Virus record (IMG/VR): IMGVR_UViG_3300043570_001522
Length of the DNA stretch: 64,000 nt
Strand: one strand, 5' to 3'
Source: an uncultured virus (IMG/VR IMGVR_UViG_3300043570_001522)
Taxonomy: Duplodnaviria > Heunggongvirae > Uroviricota > Caudoviricetes
Numbering within the stretch: position 1 is the stretch's first letter; each line of letters opens with the position of its first letter. Both the position numbers and the translations under genes were made by a program. Of the stretch, positions 9,681 through 18,395 are shown one piece after another. Below the pieces are notes generated by a model. The model was not told where the DNA came from and ran no database searches. It was given only the letters and a program-made list of their open reading frames with translations.

Positions 9681-11173
9681 AAAAGTTTTTATCAATTTTG
9701 TTTTTATTAACCACGTTAGTATCAACATCACAAACTGTAGTTTATCAACCAAGTAATGCAGTTATTTCAAATCCTGAAAAAGGTTTTTATCATTATACAT
9801 CAACAGGATCTTCTGGTGGATATAATCTAATAAACCAAGCTACAATAACTGGTTATAGAACCAATGAAAATATTACTGTAATTCAAAGACAATTCTTTTT
9901 AAGAGATTTTATTACTGGTATTCCAATTACTTCTACATATCTTACTAATATGCAAACTGATTTTAATAGAATCAGAAGTGCAGGAGCTAAAGTGCTAGTT
10001 AGGTTTACATATACATCATCTACTGCCACAGTGTATCAACCTACAAAAGCACAAATACTTACACATATTGCTCAACTTGCGCCTGTAGTAAATGCTAACA
10101 AAGATGTTATAGTTTCTATTCAAGCAGGATTTATTGGGAGGTATGGAGAGTGGTATTACACTGGAAGTACAGAATTTGGAAGTGGAAACTATACAGCAGT
10201 AACTACAGCGCAGTGGAATAATAGAAAAGAAATAACAGATAGAATGACCAGCTCATTTGATGTTTCTATTCCCTTACAATTAAGATATGTGTATGCTAAA
10301 CAAAAAATGTATGGTAATACTTTTGTAGGTAGAATAGGATTTTATAATGATAGTTTCTTAGGAACTTATGGTGATTCAGGAACATTTAATGTTAGTTCAA
10401 AATATGGTACACCAACCGCTGCAGATGTAACCTATTGGCAAACTGCTACAGTGAATAATCCTGTTACAGGAGAAACTAATATGGTTAATGCTCCAAGAAC
10501 AGATTGCTCTAATACAACAATTGAAATGGATAGATATAATTGGAGTTTAATTAACAAAGATTATTTTCCAACAGTAATTACAGGGTGGCAAACAAATGGA
10601 TGCTTTACTACAATACAAAAAAGTATTGGATATGATTTTAGAATTAATAATTCAAATATAACTAATGGGGTTTTAACAATCAATATTGGTAATTATGGAT
10701 ATGCAAATGTATTTAAAGATAGAAAAGCATTTTTAGTATGTAAAAATACATCTACTAATGTTAACTATTCTTTTGTAATAGATAATAACATTAAGAATAT
10801 AAAAACTACAAGTTATACAATTACTACTAATCTAGCATCTTTAGGCTTACCAGCAGGTAATTATAAATTACTTTTAAATCTCCCAGATCCACTTATTAAT
10901 AACAAACTATATTCAATTCAAATGTCTAATTTAAACACATGGACAACAGAAGGGTTTAATGATTTACAACAAGTTTATACAATTAGTCCTTTAAACGTAA
11001 TTGGTAAAAGAATTGTAATACAAGATGAAGAAATTACAGAAGTTAAAATATATAGTTTTAATGGAGCACTCATTTCAACAAATTTAGATTTATCAGATTT
11101 ACCTGAAGGAATGTATATTGTAATTGCTAAAACAAAAACAAACCAGATAATAACTAAAAAAATACACTTATGA
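9677..11173 (+). CDS. Secreted DUF4874/DUF4832-like (glycoside hydrolase-like) protein with T9SS CTD-like tail
   Basis: Sec signal MKKFLSILFLLTTLVSTS|Q. Motifs NPEKGFY, QAGFIGRYGEWYY, RIGFYNDSFLG and GYDF. C-terminus IYSFNG...DLSDLPEGMYIV...KKI. Confidence 0.7.
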   Translation: MKKFLSILFLLTTLVSTSQTVVYQPSNAVISNPEKGFYHYTSTGSSGGYNLINQATITGYRTNENITVIQRQFFLRDFITGIPITSTYLTNMQTDFNRIRSAGAKVLVRFTYTSSTATVYQPTKAQILTHIAQLAPVVNANKDVIVSIQAGFIGRYGEWYYTGSTEFGSGNYTAVTTAQWNNRKEITDRMTSSFDVSIPLQLRYVYAKQKMYGNTFVGRIGFYNDSFLGTYGDSGTFNVSSKYGTPTAADVTYWQTATVNNPVTGETNMVNAPRTDCSNTTIEMDRYNWSLINKDYFPTVITGWQTNGCFTTIQKSIGYDFRINNSNITNGVLTINIGNYGYANVFKDRKAFLVCKNTSTNVNYSFVIDNNIKNIKTTSYTITTNLASLGLPAGNYKLLLNLPDPLINNKLYSIQMSNLNTWTTEGFNDLQQVYTISPLNVIGKRIVIQDEEITEVKIYSFNGALISTNLDLSDLPEGMYIVIAKTKTNQIITKKIHL

Positions 11174-11532
11174 AATTTCAATTTCCAGATTTAGATATAA
11201 TGGGCCATTTTAAATCAATATCAATTGATCTAGATAGTTTAGAAGTGATAAAACAAAGGAACTGGCACAAACATATTCCTTTAGGAGTATTAGCTTATCT
11301 AGCTACTTATATTGTAATATCATTAATACCAGGAAGTATTTCTTCTTTTCCTAAACATGTTATTACAACTTTCTTAGTATTTGTAGGATGCATGACATTT
11401 GAATGGGGACAAAAAGGTGGAAGATTTATTGGAGAATCTGAAAGATTTGAAAGTAATAAAGATGCTATTGTAAGCACTCTAACTTTTCTATTAATAATAT
11501 TAGTTTTAAAATTAACAAGAGTAATTAAATAA
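11170..11532 (+). CDS. Small three-TM membrane protein (VanZ-like motif pattern)
   Basis: Hydrophobic helices with KH...FEWGQ...DAIV spacing; ATGA overlap with the upstream gene. Confidence 0.5.
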   Translation: MKFQFPDLDIMGHFKSISIDLDSLEVIKQRNWHKHIPLGVLAYLATYIVISLIPGSISSFPKHVITTFLVFVGCMTFEWGQKGGRFIGESERFESNKDAIVSTLTFLLIILVLKLTRVIK

Positions 11533-11570
11533 TTTATATATTTGTAAATTAATTTAAAAAACCAATAAAA

Positions 11571-11825
11571 ATGGAAAAGCCAGTTAAACTTACAAAAGAA
11601 GAATTAGAGAATTTAGTTGAAGTTCAACAAAAACTTAACAACATTACTTTAAATTTAGGTAATGCTGAATTAGCTAAACAAGTAATGTTTGTAGAATATT
11701 CTAAAGTTAAAGCAGACTTTGATATAATTGCAAAAGAATTAGAAGAAAAGTATGGTCAAGTTAATGTCAATTTAACTGATGGTACAATCTCACCAATAGA
11801 ATCTTCTACAAACCCATTAGGATAA
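11571..11825 (+). CDS. Small coiled-coil phage protein
   Basis: 84 aa, C-terminal LEEKYGQVNVNLTDGTI motif common in aquatic phage proteins. Confidence 0.6.
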   Translation: MEKPVKLTKEELENLVEVQQKLNNITLNLGNAELAKQVMFVEYSKVKADFDIIAKELEEKYGQVNVNLTDGTISPIESSTNPLG

Positions 11826-11891
11826 TATTCTTATACATAAAGATTTTTATAAAAAATTTTATAACTTAACTTTTCTTGTTTGGTTATAAAA

Positions 11892-11908
11892 TTTTTTGTA
11901 TATTATAA
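11892..11908 (+). promoter_or_regulatory. Putative phage promoter motif TTTTTTGTATATTATAA
   Basis: Best match to the repeated motif; overlaps the right arm of a perfect 15-bp inverted repeat (11851-11865 / 11883-11897). Confidence 0.6.
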
Positions 11909-11955
11909 TTGTATAGATTGCAATAGAATATTAGATTATAGTAAAAAAAATATTT

Positions 11956-14202
11956 ATGATACCAACAAATTCAAGTAATTCAACAAACGGCTGTGATAGC
12001 ATTTCATCTAACTGTGTCATTTGGCAAGGTCCGGATATTAGTTGTATAGAACTTTGTAATGGAGATACAATTAGTGATGTAACAGCTAAATTAGCTGAGT
12101 TAGTATGTGACTTAATTACAGATGGAGTTGCATCTAATCCAAATTTAACAGGTTTAGATATATCATGTCTTAATATTCCAGGTACAACTCCTACTACATT
12201 AGTTCCTGTTTTACAGGCAATGGTTAATGCAATATGTGTAGAAAATTCTACTTCTGCAGCAAGACCTGGTGGATCATCTACAACGACTTTACCTATAATG
12301 ACCTTACCTGCATGTCTAGTCTATAATGATGACTTAGGAAATCCAGTTACAGAATTACGTTTAGATTTATTTGCAACTCTTATTGCTACTAAAGTTTGTG
12401 ATATACTTACTTCAATAGTTTTTATTAATACAACATTAACTAATTATAATACTAGAATATCAGTTTTAGAAGCATGTGTTTTACCATGTACTGGAAGTAC
12501 TGTTGAGAAAAAAGTAGTTCCAACATGCATAATTAATGTAGGTGTATTAACAGATGTATCTGTTTTATTACTTGCCTTGGAAGTAAGATTTTGTGCATTA
12601 GAAACTGCTGTAGGTTTACCTGCAGCAATTAATGCTGCAATTTCTCAAGGATCATGTTTATTATCAACCACACCTACACTATCTAATTCAGCAACATCAT
12701 ATGGTTCAATAATTGGATGGAATAATACTCCGGTTAACTTAGCACAAAGTACACAAAATATATGGGCCGTATTATGTGATTTATATACTGCTGTTTCAAA
12801 TATTCAAATTAACTGTTGTCCTTCAGGTTGTGATAGTGTAACGTTTGGTTATAATACAACAAATGTATTAAGTGGTGTTGGTGTCATATCAGGTCTCAAC
12901 TTTAATTTCCAAAATACAACTGGAAATGGTTCTGTCATACCAGCAACATTTAATGATTGTGCTGGTAGTACAATAATCACTATTAGAGATAGTAATAATG
13001 TTGCAATTACAAGTACTGTTAGTGTTGCAGCTTTACAAAATTCAGCAGGTGGAGTTACTATATCATTACCAGGTTTAAATACTTATGGACCTTTAACTAC
13101 TAGTATAGCATTTTGTGTTACAAATGGTAGTGATACATGTAATGATACAATAGTTAAATCAGTTGACGGAATTATTCCTTGTCCATTACTAGCTATGAGT
13201 TCAATTACAACAACAGGAGCTACTGTTACATTTACAAATGCTTTAGGTCCAGCACCGGTTTATATTATAGATATTATTAATAATACAACAAATATTGTTG
13301 TAGCTACATATACACAAAATTCACCAGGTGCTACAGTAACACATGCCTTTACAGGATTAATTCCTAATACATTATATGAAACTAGAGTAACAATTCAAGT
13401 GGGTGGCCAGACAGAAGTTTGTACAAATAATATTGTAACATTTACAACAAATTCTGCTGCAGCCGCATGTAGTAATGGATTAGATGTAGTATTTGTATTA
13501 GACTATACGGCTAGTATGGATGCAACTATTGATACTATTAAATCAGGTATGGGATCTATTATAAGTACAATACAAACAGAATCTGGAGTTAATGATTATA
13601 GATTAGGTTTAGTATTAGCAGATGAAGGTTCTAGTGCTATACCATCATATGATACTTCAGTAGATTATATAGCTTTACCAGGTACTCAAAAAGTTATAAA
13701 TACAGGTCTTGGTAGTAAATGGCAATTTATTACAGCTGTAGAAATGATGACTACAAATAACGCAACATCATTTACAACTCAATTAAATAAAATTGATACG
13801 GGAGCTGCTCCTACAAATTGGCCTATAGGTGGTGGTGTTAATACTCCTGAACCTACTGATATGGCTATTGGTTTTGTTGTTGAATCAAATGCTTTTGCGG
13901 GAGTATTCAGAAGTGGGGTTGCTAAGCATGTAATAATTTATACTGACACATTATCAAGTGGAGATGATGATCAATTTAATGATCTTGATATATTAAGATT
14001 AAATTCATTATCTCAAACTTGTTTATTAGAAGGTATTAAATGTTTTGTATTAGGTGCAGGAACTAGTCAATCTTATACCCCAGTAGGAGGAACAACAGTT
14101 TATCCTTGGAGAATGTTTGCTACATCAACTGGTGGTGATTGGTCTTTAAGTTCTTCATCAGCAACCGTAAATGGATTAATAACTAATGCTTGTGCACCAT
14201 AG
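11956..14202 (+). CDS. Cys-rich virion protein with FN3-like and vWA domains
   Basis: Cys-rich N-terminus, FN3-like segment (TGLIPNTLYETRV), C-terminal vWA with MIDAS-like LDVVFVLDYTASM. Confidence 0.7.
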   Translation: MIPTNSSNSTNGCDSISSNCVIWQGPDISCIELCNGDTISDVTAKLAELVCDLITDGVASNPNLTGLDISCLNIPGTTPTTLVPVLQAMVNAICVENSTSAARPGGSSTTTLPIMTLPACLVYNDDLGNPVTELRLDLFATLIATKVCDILTSIVFINTTLTNYNTRISVLEACVLPCTGSTVEKKVVPTCIINVGVLTDVSVLLLALEVRFCALETAVGLPAAINAAISQGSCLLSTTPTLSNSATSYGSIIGWNNTPVNLAQSTQNIWAVLCDLYTAVSNIQINCCPSGCDSVTFGYNTTNVLSGVGVISGLNFNFQNTTGNGSVIPATFNDCAGSTIITIRDSNNVAITSTVSVAALQNSAGGVTISLPGLNTYGPLTTSIAFCVTNGSDTCNDTIVKSVDGIIPCPLLAMSSITTTGATVTFTNALGPAPVYIIDIINNTTNIVVATYTQNSPGATVTHAFTGLIPNTLYETRVTIQVGGQTEVCTNNIVTFTTNSAAAACSNGLDVVFVLDYTASMDATIDTIKSGMGSIISTIQTESGVNDYRLGLVLADEGSSAIPSYDTSVDYIALPGTQKVINTGLGSKWQFITAVEMMTTNNATSFTTQLNKIDTGAAPTNWPIGGGVNTPEPTDMAIGFVVESNAFAGVFRSGVAKHVIIYTDTLSSGDDDQFNDLDILRLNSLSQTCLLEGIKCFVLGAGTSQSYTPVGGTTVYPWRMFATSTGGDWSLSSSSATVNGLITNACAP

Positions 14203-14223
14203 TAATTAAAATAAAATATAAAA

Positions 14224-14787
14224 ATGGGATGTAATTGTTCAAATTGTAGTAGTGCTTGTGGTTGTGCTGATTCAGCATTAACTAATCCATGCACATATAC
14301 TGACTGTAGTGTTGGTAGTGAAAGATGTGATGATATACAATGTGCAGAATGCGTTAGTTATTGTGGTACATCTTTTCAAATAGGGTTTCCTGGAAGTTTA
14401 TTAAAAATAAATAAAGGTGATAGACTTGATTTTATTATACAGAAATTTGCTATGATACTATCTAATGGTGGTTTAGGAGCATGTACATCTAATGATTTAC
14501 AACATGATCCATTTAATGTATATGCAGGTGTAATTACAAGCAGTACAGTATCAGTATTATGGAATGGTACTTGGAGTGGAAGTACAGGTGTTAATATTTA
14601 TTATAATACACAAATTGCTCCTGGAGCATGGGTTCTAGCTAACCCAGCACCAATTGTACCAACTACATCTAACTATACGGTAACAAATCTTTTAGCAAGT
14701 ACAGCATATAAAGTAAAAGTAGTTGATGCAGGTAATTCAGGATCTTGTGAACCAATAGAAATATTATTTTCTACACTAGCTTTATAA
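14224..14787 (+). CDS. Cys-rich protein with C-terminal FN3-like domain
   Basis: MGCNCSNCSSACGC... N-terminus; VLW...YTVTNLLASTAYKVKV FN3 signature. Confidence 0.7.
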   Translation: MGCNCSNCSSACGCADSALTNPCTYTDCSVGSERCDDIQCAECVSYCGTSFQIGFPGSLLKINKGDRLDFIIQKFAMILSNGGLGACTSNDLQHDPFNVYAGVITSSTVSVLWNGTWSGSTGVNIYYNTQIAPGAWVLANPAPIVPTTSNYTVTNLLASTAYKVKVVDAGNSGSCEPIEILFSTLAL

Positions 14788-14840
14788 TATAAAAAAAACA
14801 ACAAGAGTGATAGTTTGTTGGTTTTCTGTCACAGGAGTTG

Positions 14841-14872
14841 AAGAGGCTGGGGTAACTCAGCCTCTTTTTTTT
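14841..14872 (+). terminator. Rho-independent terminator
   Basis: AGAGGCTGGG-GTAA-CTCAGCCTCT stem-loop followed by a T tract. Confidence 0.9.
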
Positions 14873-14930
14873 AAAAATCCTTTTAGTTTATAAAAAAAAT
14901 TTATATTTACATAATTTTAAAAAAGATTCT

Positions 14931-16130
14931 ATGAGTTATTTAAAAAATAAAATACTTGAGTCATTAAAATGGAAAAAATCAAATACTTATTGTGCCTCAA
15001 GATTGGGAATATCAGAAGAAGAATATCTTAAGGTTAAAAGACAAATTCTAAATAAATTTAATCAAACACATAAACAAGATTTTAAAATAACTGAGTCTGT
15101 AGATTTAGAAAAAGGTCAATCAACAATTTCAGGTTTATTTACATATGAACCAAAAACAGCAGAAGAAATAATTAAACTTTTAAAAATTGATACAAAAATT
15201 TGGAAGTTGTCTCAATATTGGAATAAACAAATGGGAGACCATTGGAGAGTATCCGCTTTAATAACTAAAATTAAAGAAAATACTAAAGAAGATTTATTAG
15301 TTAATCTTTTAAATAATTGGCAACCAAAGATTTACAAAACTACTATAAATAAAATCCATGATTCTGATAAAGCAGATGTATGTGGAATAATGTCTTTACA
15401 GGATATTCATTTTGGAAAACAAGGAAATGAAACAATTGATAAAGATTTTGAAAATACTATAAAAAATTTATTAGCAAGAGGAGTAGCATCACATAACATT
15501 AAAATATTGTATTTTGTTGTTGGTGGTGACTTAATCAATATGGATACTTTTGCTGGTACAACAACAAGTGGAACACCTGTTGATAATTGTCTATCTGCAA
15601 CAGATGCTTATATGCAAGCATTTGATGCAATGCATTGGGCTATAGGTTATATAAAAGAATACTGTGAAAAACTTGTAGTAGTATATGTACCTGGTAACCA
15701 TGATAGATTATCTTCTCATCATTTAGTACATGCTTTATCCAAATCTATTTATAATGAAGGAGATATAGTTTGGGATATAAAGTATGAAGAAAGAAAAGTA
15801 CATGTATGGGGCAATAACTTTAATGCATTTGAACATGGAGATAAATCAAGTAAAAACAATCCATTAATATATGCAACTGAATATCCTAAAGAATGGGGTA
15901 ATACAACAAATAGAACATTATATAAAGGACATATACATACTGATAAAAAAGTAGAATATATGACATCAAATGAAACAGCAGGATTTATAGAAAAGACTCT
16001 TCCTAGTTTAGGAAAAATAGATTACTACCACTATAGTAATAAGTATATTGGTAATAAAAGATCAGGAAAACTAGAATTGCAAGATCCAATTTTAGGAAAT
16101 ATTTGTGAATTAATATATCAATCAATATAA
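14931..16130 (+). CDS. Calcineurin-like metallophosphoesterase
   Basis: All five motifs present: DIHFG, GGDL, GNHD, EHGD, GHIH. Possible N-terminal HTH. Confidence 0.85.
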   Translation: MSYLKNKILESLKWKKSNTYCASRLGISEEEYLKVKRQILNKFNQTHKQDFKITESVDLEKGQSTISGLFTYEPKTAEEIIKLLKIDTKIWKLSQYWNKQMGDHWRVSALITKIKENTKEDLLVNLLNNWQPKIYKTTINKIHDSDKADVCGIMSLQDIHFGKQGNETIDKDFENTIKNLLARGVASHNIKILYFVVGGDLINMDTFAGTTTSGTPVDNCLSATDAYMQAFDAMHWAIGYIKEYCEKLVVVYVPGNHDRLSSHHLVHALSKSIYNEGDIVWDIKYEERKVHVWGNNFNAFEHGDKSSKNNPLIYATEYPKEWGNTTNRTLYKGHIHTDKKVEYMTSNETAGFIEKTLPSLGKIDYYHYSNKYIGNKRSGKLELQDPILGNICELIYQSI

Positions 16131-16166
16131 AGAGCCAACTTAATTTCATTAAGTGGTCTTTTTTTT
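16130..16166 (+). terminator. Rho-independent terminator
   Basis: Imperfect stem AAGAGCCAACTTAAT / ATTAAGTGGTCTT followed by a T tract. Confidence 0.65.
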
Positions 16167-16177
16167 GTAAATTATAA
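16161..16177 (+). promoter_or_regulatory. Putative phage promoter motif TTTTTTGTAAATTATAA
   Basis: One mismatch to the repeated motif; overlaps the terminator T tract and precedes the tail operon. Confidence 0.45.
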
Positions 16178-16187
16178 ATGTAACCAT

Positions 16188-16754
16188 ATGATAAATAATT
16201 TTAAAAAACCAGATTTAAAAGCACCAAGATACAGAGAGAAAAGATTGGGTATATTAAATGAAGAAACAATAAAAGAGTTTAAAGAAAAAAAACCTTTATA
16301 TTCTAATATTGATAATAATAAGTTAAAACAAATAATAAAACTTTATAATATAAACTTATGGCAAGCTGTAATTAAAAATAGAGATGGTGTAGAGTTACCT
16401 GATTCATTAGGATATTTATTTATTGGAACGTGTCCTTCATCTAAAACTGTAAATACAAACTATGCATTATCTCAACAATATGGTAAAGTATTGCAAAATA
16501 AAAATTGGGAGACTGATGGTAACTTAGGAAAAATATTTTATACTAACTGGTCAACAAAATATAGATTTAAAAATAGAGAGTTATGGCGGTTTATAGCATG
16601 TAGGGAATTTAAAAGATCAGTAGCTAAAACTTATCCTGTAGATTGGACCAAATATGTTGTAATGAAAAACAAGTATAAAGTAGCACATTTGTATGACCTT
16701 AATACTGAGGAAACCAAAAAAGAATTAGAGTTATATAATGAATTTGAAACATAA
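16188..16754 (+). CDS. HU/IHF-like DNA-binding protein (crAss-like)
   Basis: Basic 188-aa protein with GVELPDSLGYLFIG, resembling the HU/IHF beta-ribbon start; expected position before tail ring genes. Confidence 0.6.
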   Translation: MINNFKKPDLKAPRYREKRLGILNEETIKEFKEKKPLYSNIDNNKLKQIIKLYNINLWQAVIKNRDGVELPDSLGYLFIGTCPSSKTVNTNYALSQQYGKVLQNKNWETDGNLGKIFYTNWSTKYRFKNRELWRFIACREFKRSVAKTYPVDWTKYVVMKNKYKVAHLYDLNTEETKKELELYNEFET

Positions 16755-16759
16755 ATAAA

Positions 16760-17437
16760 ATGTCACAGATAATAATAGCAGAAGCAATATCAAGAATAAG
16801 GGGTCAGGTTAAAGCTGAGGTCCAAGATTCTTTTGTAACAGATAGATATATTTATAGTTTAATAGAAAAGTTTTCTCAAGTATTAATGAGAAGACAAGAT
16901 TCATTAAACAAATTAATGAAATTTAACTCTGTATGGAAAGCTCTTCCATTTGTTGAATTAATTGATGTAGATAAAGTAGAAGCAGGTTGCTCTGGAATAA
17001 CTAGTGGTTGTACAATAAAACGTACAAAGTTAAGACTACCTTCTATGATTGAAGGTTATTGGGGTCCTCTTATACGTACTGTAACTTCAATAGATGGTTC
17101 ACAAGAACTTCAAGCAACATATCCTGGAACATATACATCTATGACTAAAACTTCATCATTTAAATATAATCAAACAAAATATTTTTGGTGGTTAGATGGT
17201 TATATTTATTCACCTAATATTGAATGGGATGCTATTAGAGTTGAAGGTGTATTTAATGCTGATATTACAAATTGGAATTGTGATACAAAAGATGATTGTA
17301 CTCCTAGATACAAACAACCAATCTATGTACCTGAAGCAATGTTTGCAGAAATTGAATCTCAAATCATAAATGTTATGATGAATACAATGAAGGTGCCAAG
17401 TGAAGATTCAGATAATAAACAAAATATAAATAGATAA
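16760..17437 (+). CDS. Tail ring / tubular protein
   Basis: 225 aa, synteny between the IHF-like and muzzle genes. Confidence 0.6.
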   Translation: MSQIIIAEAISRIRGQVKAEVQDSFVTDRYIYSLIEKFSQVLMRRQDSLNKLMKFNSVWKALPFVELIDVDKVEAGCSGITSGCTIKRTKLRLPSMIEGYWGPLIRTVTSIDGSQELQATYPGTYTSMTKTSSFKYNQTKYFWWLDGYIYSPNIEWDAIRVEGVFNADITNWNCDTKDDCTPRYKQPIYVPEAMFAEIESQIINVMMNTMKVPSEDSDNKQNINR

Positions 17438-18378
17438 TGAGCGTATCACATAAATATAGAACATTCAGTCAGTTATATGAAGATGTTGCAGTTGACTTTA
17501 CAACTTATTCATTAGAAGGATTAATTGAACCACAGCAATTAATTAAAGTTGCTACTAGAATTAATTATGAACTTGGTTTAAAAATACATAGAACTAAGCA
17601 AACTATAATTGATGTAGAACATGGTAGAGCTCAATTACCTAGAGATTTTGCATATATTAATTATGCATTTCTTTGTGGTGAATATCAAGTTAATGCATCA
17701 ATGCCTTCAGGTACACATGTGGAAACATTCAATGATGTACCGTATGTACCAGCACCAGGAGAAGTTGCTGTCTGTAGTACAGGAGATACTTGTGCTGATG
17801 CATGTGTAATAAAAACATGTGATGATGAGCGTAGTTATCAAATAATTCAAAGGATTTCTCCAACTCAATATAGAACTTATAGTACATGGTCACAATTAAG
17901 AATCCAAGATATAAATCAACAAAGTTGTTTTTGTCCTGACTTAGCTGCGCAAGCACCAGACATTGCACAAATAGTTGATGGCTTTTTAATTACCAATTTT
18001 CCTAGTGGTAGAGTATATATAAGTTATCAAGGTGCTATGGAAACACCAAGTGGTGAGTTATTAGTTTTAGATCAACCAATTTGTAATGAATATTATGAAT
18101 ATGGATTAAAACAAAGAATATTAGAAAATATGATTTGGCAAGGTGAACAAATGGCTTCTCAATTGCAATTAGTAGAAACACGTTTAAGAGCTGCAAGAAA
18201 TAATGCTTTATCATTTGTAAATACGCCTGATTTTGCTGAAATGCAAAAAGTCTTTACAATGAATAGAAGAGCTCAATATCATAATTACTATAATATGTTT
18301 CTTAGTTATGCTCCTTATAATCCAAGACTACATAGAGGGATTAATACATCAAGTAGTATTATTAATCCTACACATTAA
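17437..18378 (+). CDS. Tail ring / tubular protein
   Basis: 313 aa, coupled TAATG start, GRAQLP.DF and GRVYISYQG motifs, synteny. Confidence 0.6.
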   Translation: MSVSHKYRTFSQLYEDVAVDFTTYSLEGLIEPQQLIKVATRINYELGLKIHRTKQTIIDVEHGRAQLPRDFAYINYAFLCGEYQVNASMPSGTHVETFNDVPYVPAPGEVAVCSTGDTCADACVIKTCDDERSYQIIQRISPTQYRTYSTWSQLRIQDINQQSCFCPDLAAQAPDIAQIVDGFLITNFPSGRVYISYQGAMETPSGELLVLDQPICNEYYEYGLKQRILENMIWQGEQMASQLQLVETRLRAARNNALSFVNTPDFAEMQKVFTMNRRAQYHNYYNMFLSYAPYNPRLHRGINTSSSIINPTH

Positions 18379-18395
18379 TAAAGAATCAAATTGCT

